Below are positions 52,706-62,670 of a DNA stretch of 64,000 nucleotides, in pieces. The stretch's first letter is position 1. Every line of letters starts with the position of its first letter. Where the stretch lies: sequence record PZ445487.1; one strand, given 5' to 3'. The notes beneath the pieces are model-generated. The model was not told the origin of the DNA. It did not search any database and was given only the letters and a program-made list of their open reading frames with translations. A program made the translations under genes and the position numbers. This DNA is from a phage.

Positions 52706-53368
52706 ATGATAACTGAGTGGGAGAAAATGCAATACGAACGTGCATTTAACGTTTATTGCATATATATGGCGATCAAGTTGCATTTCACCACCAAAGATTT
52801 TGATTATGGCCTGTATGGGCCGATGAACAATTACAAGTTTGAAACGTTCTATTCTAAACAGGGTGTGGCCAAACAATTTGCCAAACTTGCTCGTCGGTTT
52901 GAATCTTCCCAGGGTGAAGTGGTGGAAAATTATATCATCGCCAACTTTGTTAAATCACCAAAAACATGGGTGACAACATTACTCACCCGTCAGGCTCAAG
53001 AAAATTATAATGAATATCGCCGCCTGTATGACAACTTCTCATATAATTTTCTTGAACATTTTGAGAGATATATGATCCCTGAGATAAAAGAAAGAGGCGT
53101 GAATTTTATCCAATATATCAAAGGAAATGGTAATGGGCATCCACCTTTACTGACAGATATTATTGTTAAACGCTATCCAATTTGGTTTCTAGTTGGATTG
53201 AATAAAGTAGTGGGGTTCATCCATTTATATGATACAATACTCAAGGATGACATCTATTGGAACTCTGAGTCCTTTTTATTAAAGAAAACCAATTCAGTTG
53301 TTCCTGATGAAAACACAGAATACACAAAAGGAAAACTCCGTGAGCTAATCCTTGCCCACGGAATTTGA
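52706..53368 (+). CDS. 59: helicase loader gp59-like (putative)
   Basis: N-terminal YCIYMAIKLH resembles T4 gp59 YKLYLMIKQH; similar size. Confidence 0.55.
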   Translation: MITEWEKMQYERAFNVYCIYMAIKLHFTTKDFDYGLYGPMNNYKFETFYSKQGVAKQFAKLARRFESSQGEVVENYIIANFVKSPKTWVTTLLTRQAQENYNEYRRLYDNFSYNFLEHFERYMIPEIKERGVNFIQYIKGNGNGHPPLLTDIIVKRYPIWFLVGLNKVVGFIHLYDTILKDDIYWNSESFLLKKTNSVVPDENTEYTKGKLRELILAHGI

Positions 53369-55309
53369 TTACCAATCCCAGAGAATGCGCCCTGTATCAG
53401 TACGGTTGGACGGCTCCAACTGTGAACTATTGAAGTTGTTCGTCGTACTGACTTTCTTCGAGTTGTCCACATTTTGTTGTACTGGAACCACAACACTGGC
53501 TGGCGGGTTAGCATAGGCGGATTTAACTTCTTCGATGTTATTGGCTGCTCTTCCTTGAACCGGATAAGCCCCGCCCAGAGTACCTCCCCCAATCCCTGCG
53601 TATGCGTCTTTCAATTGTGAAGTTCTATCCGTAACGTTGACAGCGTCTGAGGACACCCCAGAAGGCATCGGAGTTAACGTGCTGATATTGGCATTGGGTT
53701 GTGCTGGTGATTGGCTGCTTGGCGGCGTAGACGCATTCTCAGGAGCCTTATCGTCTTGGCTGATTAGCATAGACTGTCTTGCTTCCGCCATTTTGTTCCT
53801 GGCTGCTTCACCACCCAGAGCATCAGGTATGATACTCACGAATTTATCCACGATATCAAACATGGCATTGGTTATGGCATTCAACATATTAAAGAATGGT
53901 TTCTTCACGTTTTCCGCAAATCCTTTCTTCATATCTTCAACGACTTTATTTGCAGCCGCCATGCCATCATCAATCAATCCCGATATCCCGCCCGTTACCC
54001 AATCAACCAATTTTATCAATTGGCCTTGTAAGTTGTCTGCAAGTTTACCAGGGATTTCGGTCAGTGATGTACTCTTCCCGATACCCGCAAACAAATCGTT
54101 GGTGACCCAATCAACAATCGAGTTCAACCAACGCACGGGCGCTTCGGTCATTTTCAGCACTTGTTCACGGAACGCCTTTCCAAACCCAGCATTGTTCCAT
54201 CCGAATATTTCAGCAACCCAATCAGCGAGATCCCCGAAACTACCGACCAGCTCTGTTATCCCTGCCTGAACCCGATCAACGATCGATACTTGCGCTTTAC
54301 CAAGGATTTCTTTAGCATTAAAGAAACCTTTACCGAATTCAAATACAGATGTTATTAACGCCAGAGGTCCAACTCGAAGCATCTTGGTTGCTGCTTTCAG
54401 AGGCGCAAGTAACCCGCCGATCCCAGCACCAAACCCCATGAATAATTTAATGAAGCCACCAACAAGTTTTAATGGGGACATCAGGAGTTTTAACGCACCC
54501 AGTCCAAGGAGTGCCCCCAGCGCCGCGCCTAACCCAGAAGATTGACCATCTTGTTTAGGCTCAGACGGAGGGATAGAACCAGCCTCTGGGTTGTTCTTGT
54601 TTTCCTTACCTTCTTCGCCACGACGGAATTTCTCTTCTTCTCTATATTTTTGATCACTTTCATAGATACGTGTCAGAGTATCATTAAGATCTTCGTTCAT
54701 GTATCCCAATTTGTCATCAATGCTGTCGAGGCGGGTAACAGTTTCGTTACTGGCATCTTTATTGAAATCCAGCGTGTCCTTATGCGTTTGAAGCATTATG
54801 TCAGTCAGGTTTACGATCTCCCCTCCGACCAACGCCAGCTTATCCTTTAATCCATCAAGGCGTTCAAGACTATCTTCGTTGGCCGCGCCCAATTGATCTG
54901 ATATCATGTCAAGATATTCAACAGACATATCATCAACAGGACCATTCGCCGCTTCGCCAAATTTTTCTATTTTGGTTGCGATTCGCATCAGTTCTTCATT
55001 TCCGTCCTTGGAAAGGCTGACGGTGTCTTTCATCCAAGTGCTGTAATCCCTTGTGAAAATAGGACTGACGCGGACAAACCCACCAACAATATCATTCACC
55101 GATGGGAATTTAATTGGCGGGACTTTCTGCTCCTGATTAGACGCCTGGCGTGTCTTCAGAGATTGCAGTTGTTTGTTGACATCTGCGAGCTGTTTATTCG
55201 TCTCGGATTGGGCGCGCAATTGCTTGCGCTCCATCATTTCTTTTTTGATTTTATCCAAAACCTTGACGATGTCTTGCTGCCCTGGTGTCGGTTGATTGTT
55301 ATCTGCCAT
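53369..55309 (-). CDS. tail tape-measure/hub protein (gp29-like, putative)
   Basis: Coiled-coil N-terminal half followed by Gly/Ala-rich hydrophobic stretch; in late operon with baseplate-like genes. Confidence 0.45.
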   Translation of the reverse strand: MADNNQPTPGQQDIVKVLDKIKKEMMERKQLRAQSETNKQLADVNKQLQSLKTRQASNQEQKVPPIKFPSVNDIVGGFVRVSPIFTRDYSTWMKDTVSLSKDGNEELMRIATKIEKFGEAANGPVDDMSVEYLDMISDQLGAANEDSLERLDGLKDKLALVGGEIVNLTDIMLQTHKDTLDFNKDASNETVTRLDSIDDKLGYMNEDLNDTLTRIYESDQKYREEEKFRRGEEGKENKNNPEAGSIPPSEPKQDGQSSGLGAALGALLGLGALKLLMSPLKLVGGFIKLFMGFGAGIGGLLAPLKAATKMLRVGPLALITSVFEFGKGFFNAKEILGKAQVSIVDRVQAGITELVGSFGDLADWVAEIFGWNNAGFGKAFREQVLKMTEAPVRWLNSIVDWVTNDLFAGIGKSTSLTEIPGKLADNLQGQLIKLVDWVTGGISGLIDDGMAAANKVVEDMKKGFAENVKKPFFNMLNAITNAMFDIVDKFVSIIPDALGGEAARNKMAEARQSMLISQDDKAPENASTPPSSQSPAQPNANISTLTPMPSGVSSDAVNVTDRTSQLKDAYAGIGGGTLGGAYPVQGRAANNIEEVKSAYANPPASVVVPVQQNVDNSKKVSTTNNFNSSQLEPSNRTDTGRILWDW

Positions 55310-55319
55310 TTGTCACCTC

Positions 55320-56708
55320 TCAGACCTTCTGGGCTTGTCCTTTCTCTATTGGCGTCGGAGTTGGTGTAGAAGCCACAGTTTGACCAGTCTGAGGCGGTAA
55401 GACCTTCTGGATCATACTATCTTTGGCAATCTCGGCGACGCATTGATAATCATTTGTCAGGCGTGAAATCTTATGGCGTATCTTTGTGACGATATAATGG
55501 CCTGTTGATAACTTACTTAACTCGGCAATGTTTTCATTAGATTTCGGGCGGTTCGACAAATCTTCAATATAATAAACCTGCCCAACATTCAGACGGTTAT
55601 CCCCCACGACCAGCAAACGCATAACCGTTGACGCGAGGCTGAATTCTATAACGCGTCGTGCGTAATCTATTTGTTCGGCACCATCCGGTTGCGCTTCAAT
55701 GTACCTAACGTTCTCGCGGTCGAATTGATCAGAGAACAAAGGGAAAGGATCAAGGTGAGCAGTGCTGTCAAACCATTCTGAATAAATGCGTTGGGTCGCT
55801 GTCGTGGATTTTGTACTAAAGTCATACACGCGCTCGTTCACTGCCAAGATATCCCGATAATTCGCCATGTATTGATCACGCGCCAGTTTCTTTTCAGCCT
55901 TGATTATAGTCCGCATGAAACGTTCTGAGTTGAAATTGTTATCCTGCATCAACGGCGCGTCTTGAGGGTCTCGGAAGAATTTCTTTTCAATAGAAGCCTC
56001 TTGCTTCTCTTCAGCAGTCATAGACTGGTTGCCCTGGTTGAACAACGTCGACATGCTTTTGAAGTGATAACCCGTAAAGTCTTCATAGAAAACGAATGGC
56101 ATGAATAATTCGTCATATGCACGGCTGGCCATATAATCTATGGAGCGGAGTACAGGCCAAAGAGGGGTAGCGAACCTTTCTTGTATCCCATATGAAGGAT
56201 CTATGTCTTCAAATTTGGTGCGTGAATTCAGTTGCTCAAAGATTTTAGCTGCCATCTCAGAATAAGAACCGCTTAATCCAACAGATTTACGCAACATGCT
56301 ATCTCGATACGCGTCTGTTGTCACCAAGTGCAACCAGAATGCCTTTTTCGAAGAAGAGTTCGATTCGTCAGCAACTCTCCCCACCCGACTGACTCGCAAT
56401 GAAAGCGTAGTGTAGTCGGAAGCCGCAGGTGATTTGAACGATACCACTACTTCCTCACCTCCGAGGATTGGCATTGTATCCAATATATCCCAGCCTTCTT
56501 TGATCAGAATATTAGCTGTCAGCGACGGTGAAGCATTCCCTTCCAGACCAAGATCCTGATATACGTTGAATTCTTGAAACAACGATGAAAGGTCATAAGG
56601 CTTGGGAGTACCGCCTTCAGGCGTGTGCGGTAATATCGCCATATATTTCAAATCAAATGTTGTGGACGGAGTTAAAATTCCGTCCTGGGATTCTTTATTT
56701 TCGATCAT
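55320..56708 (-). CDS. baseplate hub protein (gp27-like, putative)
   Basis: Operon position directly upstream of tape-measure-like gene; size; weak resemblance only. Confidence 0.35.
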   Translation of the reverse strand: MIENKESQDGILTPSTTFDLKYMAILPHTPEGGTPKPYDLSSLFQEFNVYQDLGLEGNASPSLTANILIKEGWDILDTMPILGGEEVVVSFKSPAASDYTTLSLRVSRVGRVADESNSSSKKAFWLHLVTTDAYRDSMLRKSVGLSGSYSEMAAKIFEQLNSRTKFEDIDPSYGIQERFATPLWPVLRSIDYMASRAYDELFMPFVFYEDFTGYHFKSMSTLFNQGNQSMTAEEKQEASIEKKFFRDPQDAPLMQDNNFNSERFMRTIIKAEKKLARDQYMANYRDILAVNERVYDFSTKSTTATQRIYSEWFDSTAHLDPFPLFSDQFDRENVRYIEAQPDGAEQIDYARRVIEFSLASTVMRLLVVGDNRLNVGQVYYIEDLSNRPKSNENIAELSKLSTGHYIVTKIRHKISRLTNDYQCVAEIAKDSMIQKVLPPQTGQTVASTPTPTPIEKGQAQKV

Positions 56709-57301
56709 TTGGTCAGCTCCTGTTCTAGCTGATTAACAAAGGAAGAAACATAATCTGGGTCTAGAACCTGAATATTCCGTTTGGCTTCGTTTTTGTTTAT
56801 AGCATCATCATGATATGTAATACCTGTCAGGCCATAGTTGGCGATAATCGTGGAATCATCCATAGAACCAAGGCCATATGCTAAACGTATTGCTCTAGGA
56901 TCTGTTTCATGACCGAATTCGTCAACGTAGTATTTCACATCCCACATTCCGTCAAGGCCGTATCGAGCCGTCAGTTCTTCAATGATACGGCGCTCTGGTT
57001 TTGGCCAGTCCTCTGTGATGTCCATGATACCATTGATAAGACATGGGATCCAAAACAGCTCGAAGGAACCGTAGACGCGTTCGGCAAAAGACCTTGGGGT
57101 TTCCCCATCGAAAACAGTATACGGCAGGAGAAGCCCTTCTATGTCCCTAATTTTCTTAACAACCATAACCCGTCGTGTTAAGTTCTGCAACAGGACTTGG
57201 TCATCCTCTTTGACACCAATTAATTGATGCCACACGAGTGGAAATTTCTCAAAATATTTCATGGCATCTTTCTCCTTAGAAGCTGTCGCCTTCGGTATCA
57301 A
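56705..57301 (-). CDS. late operon protein, function unknown
   Basis: ORF track; ATGA-type coupling with neighbours. Confidence 0.4.
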   Translation of the reverse strand: MIPKATASKEKDAMKYFEKFPLVWHQLIGVKEDDQVLLQNLTRRVMVVKKIRDIEGLLLPYTVFDGETPRSFAERVYGSFELFWIPCLINGIMDITEDWPKPERRIIEELTARYGLDGMWDVKYYVDEFGHETDPRAIRLAYGLGSMDDSTIIANYGLTGITYHDDAINKNEAKRNIQVLDPDYVSSFVNQLEQELTK

Positions 57302-58244
57302 AGCGGCCTTTGTGCAACGGTTCTAGTTCTATAAACGTCATGTCGATTTGTGTCGACACGATGCTGTCATCTTTGTGTACGGCATATGAAGAGTCAGGCG
57401 TCTCGTTGACAAACATATTTGATAGGACGCAAGTCGATATCCGATGCAACCATTTGTTGCGTTCTCCCTGGACCATGAACGTGATATCAAACGTGGATGG
57501 ATGAAGATAGAATGCGCTGGAATTCTTGTTGTATTTGTATTCTGGATACATGTGCATCTTGAATAAACGGATAATCTCCCGCACCATTTTCGCCTCTTTT
57601 TGCGATCTTGGAGTGAATTTGAATGTGAACGGGATTTCTCGGTTGCGCACCCCTTGGAAAATCATCTCCACATACGGGTTGGTCATCGTACCTGTAAACA
57701 ATTCTAATGTATCATGAGCATTAATTGTCGGCAAGAAAGGAATTGCTTCCGAAGCAGATTGAATGGCCTTTGTTGCCGCAAATCTCCCCATTTCTTTCCC
57801 AACATTCAAAGCATCCCCAAGTTTGAATTGACTCATATCTTGGGCGGCGCGTGATAAGAATTGGGCACCCATACCTGCTAATCCCAACTCGGAGCCGTTC
57901 CAGCCAACGCCATAGTTGGTTGTAATGGATTCGGGCATACACAACACAATTGACTCGTTAGAGCGGACATGACGCGCCCAAGCATATTTGCTAATAGAAC
58001 CCGATTTAGAACCGTAAACCACAGGAGTCTTACCCAATGGATTTTGTATCGGATTTTCGACGGTTTGGGTTGTGGTGTCCCCATATGAAGAACCAGATAT
58101 TCGGTTGATGTTGAATAGAACATAATGGCCGAGGGTTTTACCCCCTGTTATGTCTAATGGATAGACCAATTGCTTCTGAGACTTGGCCAAGCCTTTTGTG
58201 TTCAGAACTTTGATCTTATCGATGGTCGACTTGAAATTCGCCAT
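57276..58244 (-). CDS. tail-tube-fold baseplate protein (gp48/gp54/gp19-like, putative)
   Basis: First gene of minus-strand late operon; size and composition typical of tail tube family; not confirmed. Confidence 0.35.
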   Translation of the reverse strand: MANFKSTIDKIKVLNTKGLAKSQKQLVYPLDITGGKTLGHYVLFNINRISGSSYGDTTTQTVENPIQNPLGKTPVVYGSKSGSISKYAWARHVRSNESIVLCMPESITTNYGVGWNGSELGLAGMGAQFLSRAAQDMSQFKLGDALNVGKEMGRFAATKAIQSASEAIPFLPTINAHDTLELFTGTMTNPYVEMIFQGVRNREIPFTFKFTPRSQKEAKMVREIIRLFKMHMYPEYKYNKNSSAFYLHPSTFDITFMVQGERNKWLHRISTCVLSNMFVNETPDSSYAVHKDDSIVSTQIDMTFIELEPLHKGRFDTEGDSF

Positions 58245-58297
58245 GGTCTGAAGCCCTTTAATTAGAATAGAGTGATGACACTATTTAGGACTAGAAT

Positions 58298-58918
58298 ATG
58301 GCTATGTATTTGCAGGGGAAGTATGTTCCCGTAAATCCCAAGAAATATAAAGGCGACGTGAACAAAATAGTATTTCGTTCTTCGCTAGAACTTGTCGCCT
58401 TTAAATTTTGTGATATGAATCCTGCTATCGTCTATTGGTCTTCAGAAGAAACTGTAATCCCTTACATATCTCCGGTTGATGGCCGCGCCCATCGTTATTT
58501 CATGGATTTGAAGGTTTGGACTCGTCGGCAGGATTCCGATGAATTACAAATTACTCTTATTGAAATAAAACCCAAAGACCAGATTAAAGAACCTCGCAAA
58601 ACTAAAACGATGAAGGAATCAACATTCAATAATTCAATGCGCACTTGGTTGGTAAATCAGGCAAAGTGGACAGCAACTAAAGAACATTGCGCAAAGGTAG
58701 GTTGGAAATTCATTATCTGGACAGAAGAACATTTGGTGCCAGGTGAAGACCCAGAAGTTAAAAAACAATTTGCTCTTCGTTCTAAGAAAAAGCGCGAAGT
58801 CGAAATGGAAGATCGACGCCGCGCTCAAAGGATTAATGCGTTGAAAGAGCAAATGAAGAAGGAAACTGCTAATAAACAACCAACGCAATCGGAAGATGAT
58901 GGTTTGTTATTACCCTGA
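58298..58918 (+). CDS. hypothetical protein (possibly head-completion-type late protein)
   Basis: ORF track; divergent from baseplate operon. Confidence 0.4.
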   Translation: MAMYLQGKYVPVNPKKYKGDVNKIVFRSSLELVAFKFCDMNPAIVYWSSEETVIPYISPVDGRAHRYFMDLKVWTRRQDSDELQITLIEIKPKDQIKEPRKTKTMKESTFNNSMRTWLVNQAKWTATKEHCAKVGWKFIIWTEEHLVPGEDPEVKKQFALRSKKKREVEMEDRRRAQRINALKEQMKKETANKQPTQSEDDGLLLP

Positions 58919-59128
58919 TTTCCTTGGATGTCCAGGGGCAAAGCAAGTTTGTTTGTCCCTGCATATCATCCACCCATCAGCACGGGCTTGTCTAGCACAG
59001 TCTCCCCAAGATTCACCAGCATAAGACTTCATCCCACATCTGGGGTGATGTTCTTGCCAAGCCCAATTACAAGATTTGCATTCAACACACTCACAATACA
59101 AATCGACGGTGTATCCTGCAGTAATCAT
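58910..59128 (-). CDS. small Cys-rich protein
   Basis: ORF track; CECVECKSC...C...C; directly after PH-domain gene. Confidence 0.3.
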   Translation of the reverse strand: MITAGYTVDLYCECVECKSCNWAWQEHHPRCGMKSYAGESWGDCARQARADGWMICRDKQTCFAPGHPRKSG

Positions 59129-59536
59129 TTAGTCACCCAGATGATCATAAATTTTTTGACGGAATTCGTTCCCTTTAGCACAACCTGTAGCCAACAGGCG
59201 AGTACCGCCCGTACCAATAACACTGATGGTCGAAAACTTCAGGATACGGCCTGTAATAGACTGGTCCACCTTAATGGTTTCTACTTTACCAAGACGGAGT
59301 TCATCAGCATCACGACGAATAAATCCCCGTTTGACAATAACACGCTTGTTGGTGACTGCGAATTCAGTTGTCAATACATTTAAAATTGTTGGTATCAGAA
59401 ATAACAAACTGAATCCAAATGTTGGGATAATCGTTAAAATAACCAGAACATAAATCCAAAAACCGCTCCACCAAGTCGGGCGGGTGAAAGCGATGACATG
59501 TTCATTTTCGCCGAGCATGCGGTCTACATAACGCAT
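59129..59536 (-). CDS. membrane-anchored bacterial PH-domain (bPH_2/YdbT-like) protein
   Basis: Two hydrophobic helices followed by FAVTNKRVIVKRGFIRRD...ETIKV..SI.GRILKFSTISV typical of bPH_2. Confidence 0.45.
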   Translation of the reverse strand: MRYVDRMLGENEHVIAFTRPTWWSGFWIYVLVILTIIPTFGFSLLFLIPTILNVLTTEFAVTNKRVIVKRGFIRRDADELRLGKVETIKVDQSITGRILKFSTISVIGTGGTRLLATGCAKGNEFRQKIYDHLGD

Positions 59537-59537
59537 T

Positions 59538-60059
59538 TTAATTCCTTACTTTGTCTGGGTTGGATAAGATTTGTTCGTATCCGACTTCGCCTTGATCGTC
59601 GAAAACGTGTTTAAGGATTGCCATATCTCCCACCATCCGGTAAACTTCAATTCCGGAGTTCATCAATCTTTTGATTCCATCCATGATACGATATGGCTCT
59701 TGATAATATACTTTATCGATCTTGCCATTGTCGATGATTTTCTGAGTGCAATCAGGGCATGGGCTATGTGTCACAAACATAACCAACCCTGTGAAATCAT
59801 CTGCATTTTCGGGGATACGCATTAGAGCATTTTCCTCCGCATGAATGACACACGGGTTTGTAACAATTTGCCCGTGTTGTTCCATCTCACAAACATTCGG
59901 CATGCCAGGAGGCGTTCCGTTCCATCCGATAGCCACAGGCTGATCAGTTTCAGGGTTTACGATAACACAACCGACTTGCAGACGCCGAGCATAACTGGTT
60001 ACACCATATGCTGCAGCTGATCGCATATGGGCGAACATCATACGTGGTTTGATAGCCAT
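59538..60059 (-). CDS. cd: dCMP deaminase
   Basis: Zinc-binding HAEENAL and HSPCPDC motifs of cytidine/dCMP deaminase family. Confidence 0.8.
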   Translation of the reverse strand: MAIKPRMMFAHMRSAAAYGVTSYARRLQVGCVIVNPETDQPVAIGWNGTPPGMPNVCEMEQHGQIVTNPCVIHAEENALMRIPENADDFTGLVMFVTHSPCPDCTQKIIDNGKIDKVYYQEPYRIMDGIKRLMNSGIEVYRMVGDMAILKHVFDDQGEVGYEQILSNPDKVRN

Positions 60060-60377
60060 TATTTTACCAGAGCCTTTTCAAGTAAAAAGATCATGTCATC
60101 CTGGTCGGCGCGGCCAAAGATCTGACCGAGGGATACCATGGAATGAACCTCTTTGACAATCAGGTCTTTGCCTGTTACACCGCTGTTGTCCAATTCGAGA
60201 ATTGTGGACATGCGCTCAACCATATGAGGTGGATGATTGATATAACGTTGAAGATACTTTTCACGCAACGCAATTTTTTCGATAAGATCTGACATTTCTG
60301 CATTCTCTTCTGAATACAGACGTTCTTTAGATTTCAGTTCTTCGAGGCGTTCGTACATTTCTTTTAATGAAATCATG
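60059..60377 (-). CDS. hypothetical protein
   Basis: Start moved to internal ATG (RBS GGGAGAG) because the longer ORF would run through the hairpin at 60399-60419. Confidence 0.4.
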
Positions 60378-60398
60378 TTTGTCTCTCCCAATAAATTA

Positions 60399-60419
60399 AG
60401 GGGAAGTATACCTTCCCCT
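60399..60419 (-). other. intergenic hairpin between minus-strand genes (terminator/attenuator-like, orientation ambiguous)
   Basis: AGGGGAAG-TATAC-CTTCCCCT; T-rich on plus side, TTAATTTATT on minus side. Confidence 0.35.
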
Positions 60420-60439
60420 TTCTTCAATAACCTAAAATA

Positions 60440-60778
60440 TTATTCAGTACATGCTTTACCGAGGTCTGTAAGCCTATAGAATGTTACTTCAGACTTCGGC
60501 CAATGCTTATACTCTTCAGAGTTGTCATGAACCATTGTAAACGCAGGTTCGATCAGACCTTTAGACAACAAGGATTGACCTGAACGCGTATCCCATGGAT
60601 CACCCTTTACAGAACGAAACCCGCCAGATATCGGTGGCGCATGAAAAGTCCAAACCGTTTTCCCTTTATCGTTCGTCCAAGATTTGGGATTGAAATACCA
60701 ATGACAAACACCCTTTTCAAAATTCAACATTCCTAAAAGGACGCAGAGTTGATGTCCTGTGATGCGTGGCTTTTTCAT
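60440..60778 (-). CDS. hypothetical protein
   Basis: Internal ATG overlapping stop of upstream gene. Confidence 0.35.
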   Translation of the reverse strand: MKKPRITGHQLCVLLGMLNFEKGVCHWYFNPKSWTNDKGKTVWTFHAPPISGGFRSVKGDPWDTRSGQSLLSKGLIEPAFTMVHDNSEEYKHWPKSEVTFYRLTDLGKACTE

Positions 60779-61107
60779 AAGATCCCCAAGTCGGTAAGGT
60801 AACGATAAAACAAGATTATAGACAGAAATCCAATTAACGCCCAAGACGACAGGATAGGCTTTCCATTGAGCGTGGTCTTCCCATTGGGTATGTTAGGACT
60901 TCCGGTAATAACGACGGAGTCTGTTTTGGCTCTCAGCGTCATGATAGAACCCATGAGAATGATTGGGCGCACATAATACCCTTCATGATTGCGCTTCACG
61001 ATACATGGTGAAGAAAATCGCAGGAACGGATCACCGCTTTTATAACCAAATAACTCGACCTTTTCAATTTCTTCGGGTACTTTCTGACCAGGAAAGAATA
61101 TTTTCAT
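60775..61107 (-). CDS. hypothetical protein
   Basis: ORF track. Confidence 0.35.
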   Translation of the reverse strand: MKIFFPGQKVPEEIEKVELFGYKSGDPFLRFSSPCIVKRNHEGYYVRPIILMGSIMTLRAKTDSVVITGSPNIPNGKTTLNGKPILSSWALIGFLSIILFYRYLTDLGIL

Positions 61108-61682
61108 AATACAATTCCTAAATTTGTGTATAACAACTCAGCCAGGGTTACAGGACGCTTGAATTGTTCCCAACTGCAGTTCAGGTATTCGCGCTCTTCG
61201 CGAATATTTTCGTGAAGATGACCATGGATATTATACGCCCAACGGTCTAATTGATAAGGAACATGTGTTGTCAACACACAGCCAACAGGCGTGTCACGTT
61301 CGTACATAGCGCCGAAGGAGCTAATCCAGCCGTCCAGATACAGAGACAACAACATCTTAAAGCTGTCATGGTTGCCTTGTGCCACCTTGATGATAAAGTT
61401 CGGACGCCAGTCATCGGGAACGGGGCGTCGCTTAAACTCATCAATGTTTCGCTTGGCACCCTCCCGCATCAGGCGAATGAACCCTTCAGCCCCGATGAAG
61501 CATATATCACCAGCCAGTTCAAGAACGTCCCGAGACTTCAACCCCTGAAAGATACTGTCAATGACCGCAGCGTCATGGGCTTCCTGTGTATCAAATCCAC
61601 GCGGTTTAAAGACCTTCTTATGCCCAAGATGAGTGTCACCAAGGTGCTTTACAATTCCCGCCATTATGGTTTCCTCAGCCAT
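61104..61682 (-). CDS. calcineurin-like metallophosphoesterase
   Basis: Motifs GDTHLG, GD..F, GNHD, HGHLH; start may be the internal ATG at 61664. Confidence 0.6.
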   Translation of the reverse strand: MAEETIMAGIVKHLGDTHLGHKKVFKPRGFDTQEAHDAAVIDSIFQGLKSRDVLELAGDICFIGAEGFIRLMREGAKRNIDEFKRRPVPDDWRPNFIIKVAQGNHDSFKMLLSLYLDGWISSFGAMYERDTPVGCVLTTHVPYQLDRWAYNIHGHLHENIREEREYLNCSWEQFKRPVTLAELLYTNLGIVL

Positions 61683-62005
61683 TCTAAAATCGGTACGTTC
61701 ACAAACCCTTTATGCCAACGATGCGGTTTGTGACCTCTATTATGTTCGAGCAAACACGTGTCTGGTGGGACACTGAAGTGGATGCCGTCGATGTCGTAGT
61801 AATGTCCATCAATCAGAGTATACACATGACCTTCAATCTGGCTATAATGGATCTCTGCTTGAGGATACACATGCTTCAGAACCAGAGCAACCTGATAGCA
61901 CTTTCCGTTCTTCCCAACATACTCAACATCCACCTGTTGTGGGAAGACGTCTTTGATAAGATTTATCAATCTCGTGATGTCATTTACAACAACCGAACAT
62001 TTCAT
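61664..62005 (-). CDS. hypothetical His-rich protein
   Basis: ORF track. Confidence 0.4.
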   Translation of the reverse strand: MKCSVVVNDITRLINLIKDVFPQQVDVEYVGKNGKCYQVALVLKHVYPQAEIHYSQIEGHVYTLIDGHYYDIDGIHFSVPPDTCLLEHNRGHKPHRWHKGFVNVPILEWLRKP

Positions 62006-62007
62006 CT

Positions 62008-62670
62008 CTATGATAACTCATGGCGATGTCGAACACAGGCAGGGCAATCACAATTCTTTTTCAAAATTGGCAATTCACACCATGTCATTAAGTCATGTAT
62101 TGGGGACATGTGATGATAGAACCAAGATTTCTTGAGACTAATCAATGGATATAAAATTTCAATAGATCTTTCCCCGTCTCTGGTCATCATGTTGTATCCT
62201 TCAATAACTTTATTAAAGGCGGGTATCCAGTGTATTGCGTCATCGCCGTTAACATATGCCAAGATATACGTGGGTGGCAAGCCACTGCCTTTAAATTGCG
62301 TGTTTAATAACCATATCGGGGCTTGTGCTAAACAAGCGCGAAAACCACCGTTCGGGACGTTGATGCTACTGATAGGTTCTTGATGATGTGTCCAACGATA
62401 CATGAGAAGTGGGGCATTTTTATTAATCCAGTTGTATATTTTATTCCTCGCCCAATTTTCGCGTTTAGATTTAAATTTATTATTTTCGAGGTGGCAATAC
62501 ACAGTATGAACTGAATATCCTTTCGATAGCAACCAAATCAACATGTATGTGCTATCCACCCCACCAGACCAGAACAACGTCACTTCTTGATTATTCTGCG
62601 GCAATGGAGCATCCCCTTGAAGAACACGGTATACAAAATCACAATCAGATATTGAGACAACAATTTCCAT
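62008..62670 (-). CDS. QueC-like PP-loop ATPase (7-cyano-7-deazaguanine synthase family, putative)
   Basis: PP-loop SGGVDS near N-terminus and C-terminal zinc motif C..(9)..CDCPACVRH resembling QueC CxxCPAC..R. Confidence 0.55.
   Translation of the reverse strand: MEIVVSISDCDFVYRVLQGDAPLPQNNQEVTLFWSGGVDSTYMLIWLLSKGYSVHTVYCHLENNKFKSKRENWARNKIYNWINKNAPLLMYRWTHHQEPISSINVPNGGFRACLAQAPIWLLNTQFKGSGLPPTYILAYVNGDDAIHWIPAFNKVIEGYNMMTRDGERSIEILYPLISLKKSWFYHHMSPIHDLMTWCELPILKKNCDCPACVRHRHELS

Noticed and set aside
52552-52716. Possible 54-aa GTG-initiated ORF overlapping the gp59 start
   Set aside because: Below ORF-track threshold, non-ATG start, no independent support; left unannotated.
53637-54269. 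210-aa plus-strand ORF
   Set aside because: Lies wholly inside the minus-strand tape-measure-like gene; low-complexity translation; shadow ORF.
58281-58288. CTAAATAG as late promoter for the minus-strand baseplate operon
   Set aside because: Only 6/8 match to TATAAATA; plausible but too weak to annotate without TSS data.
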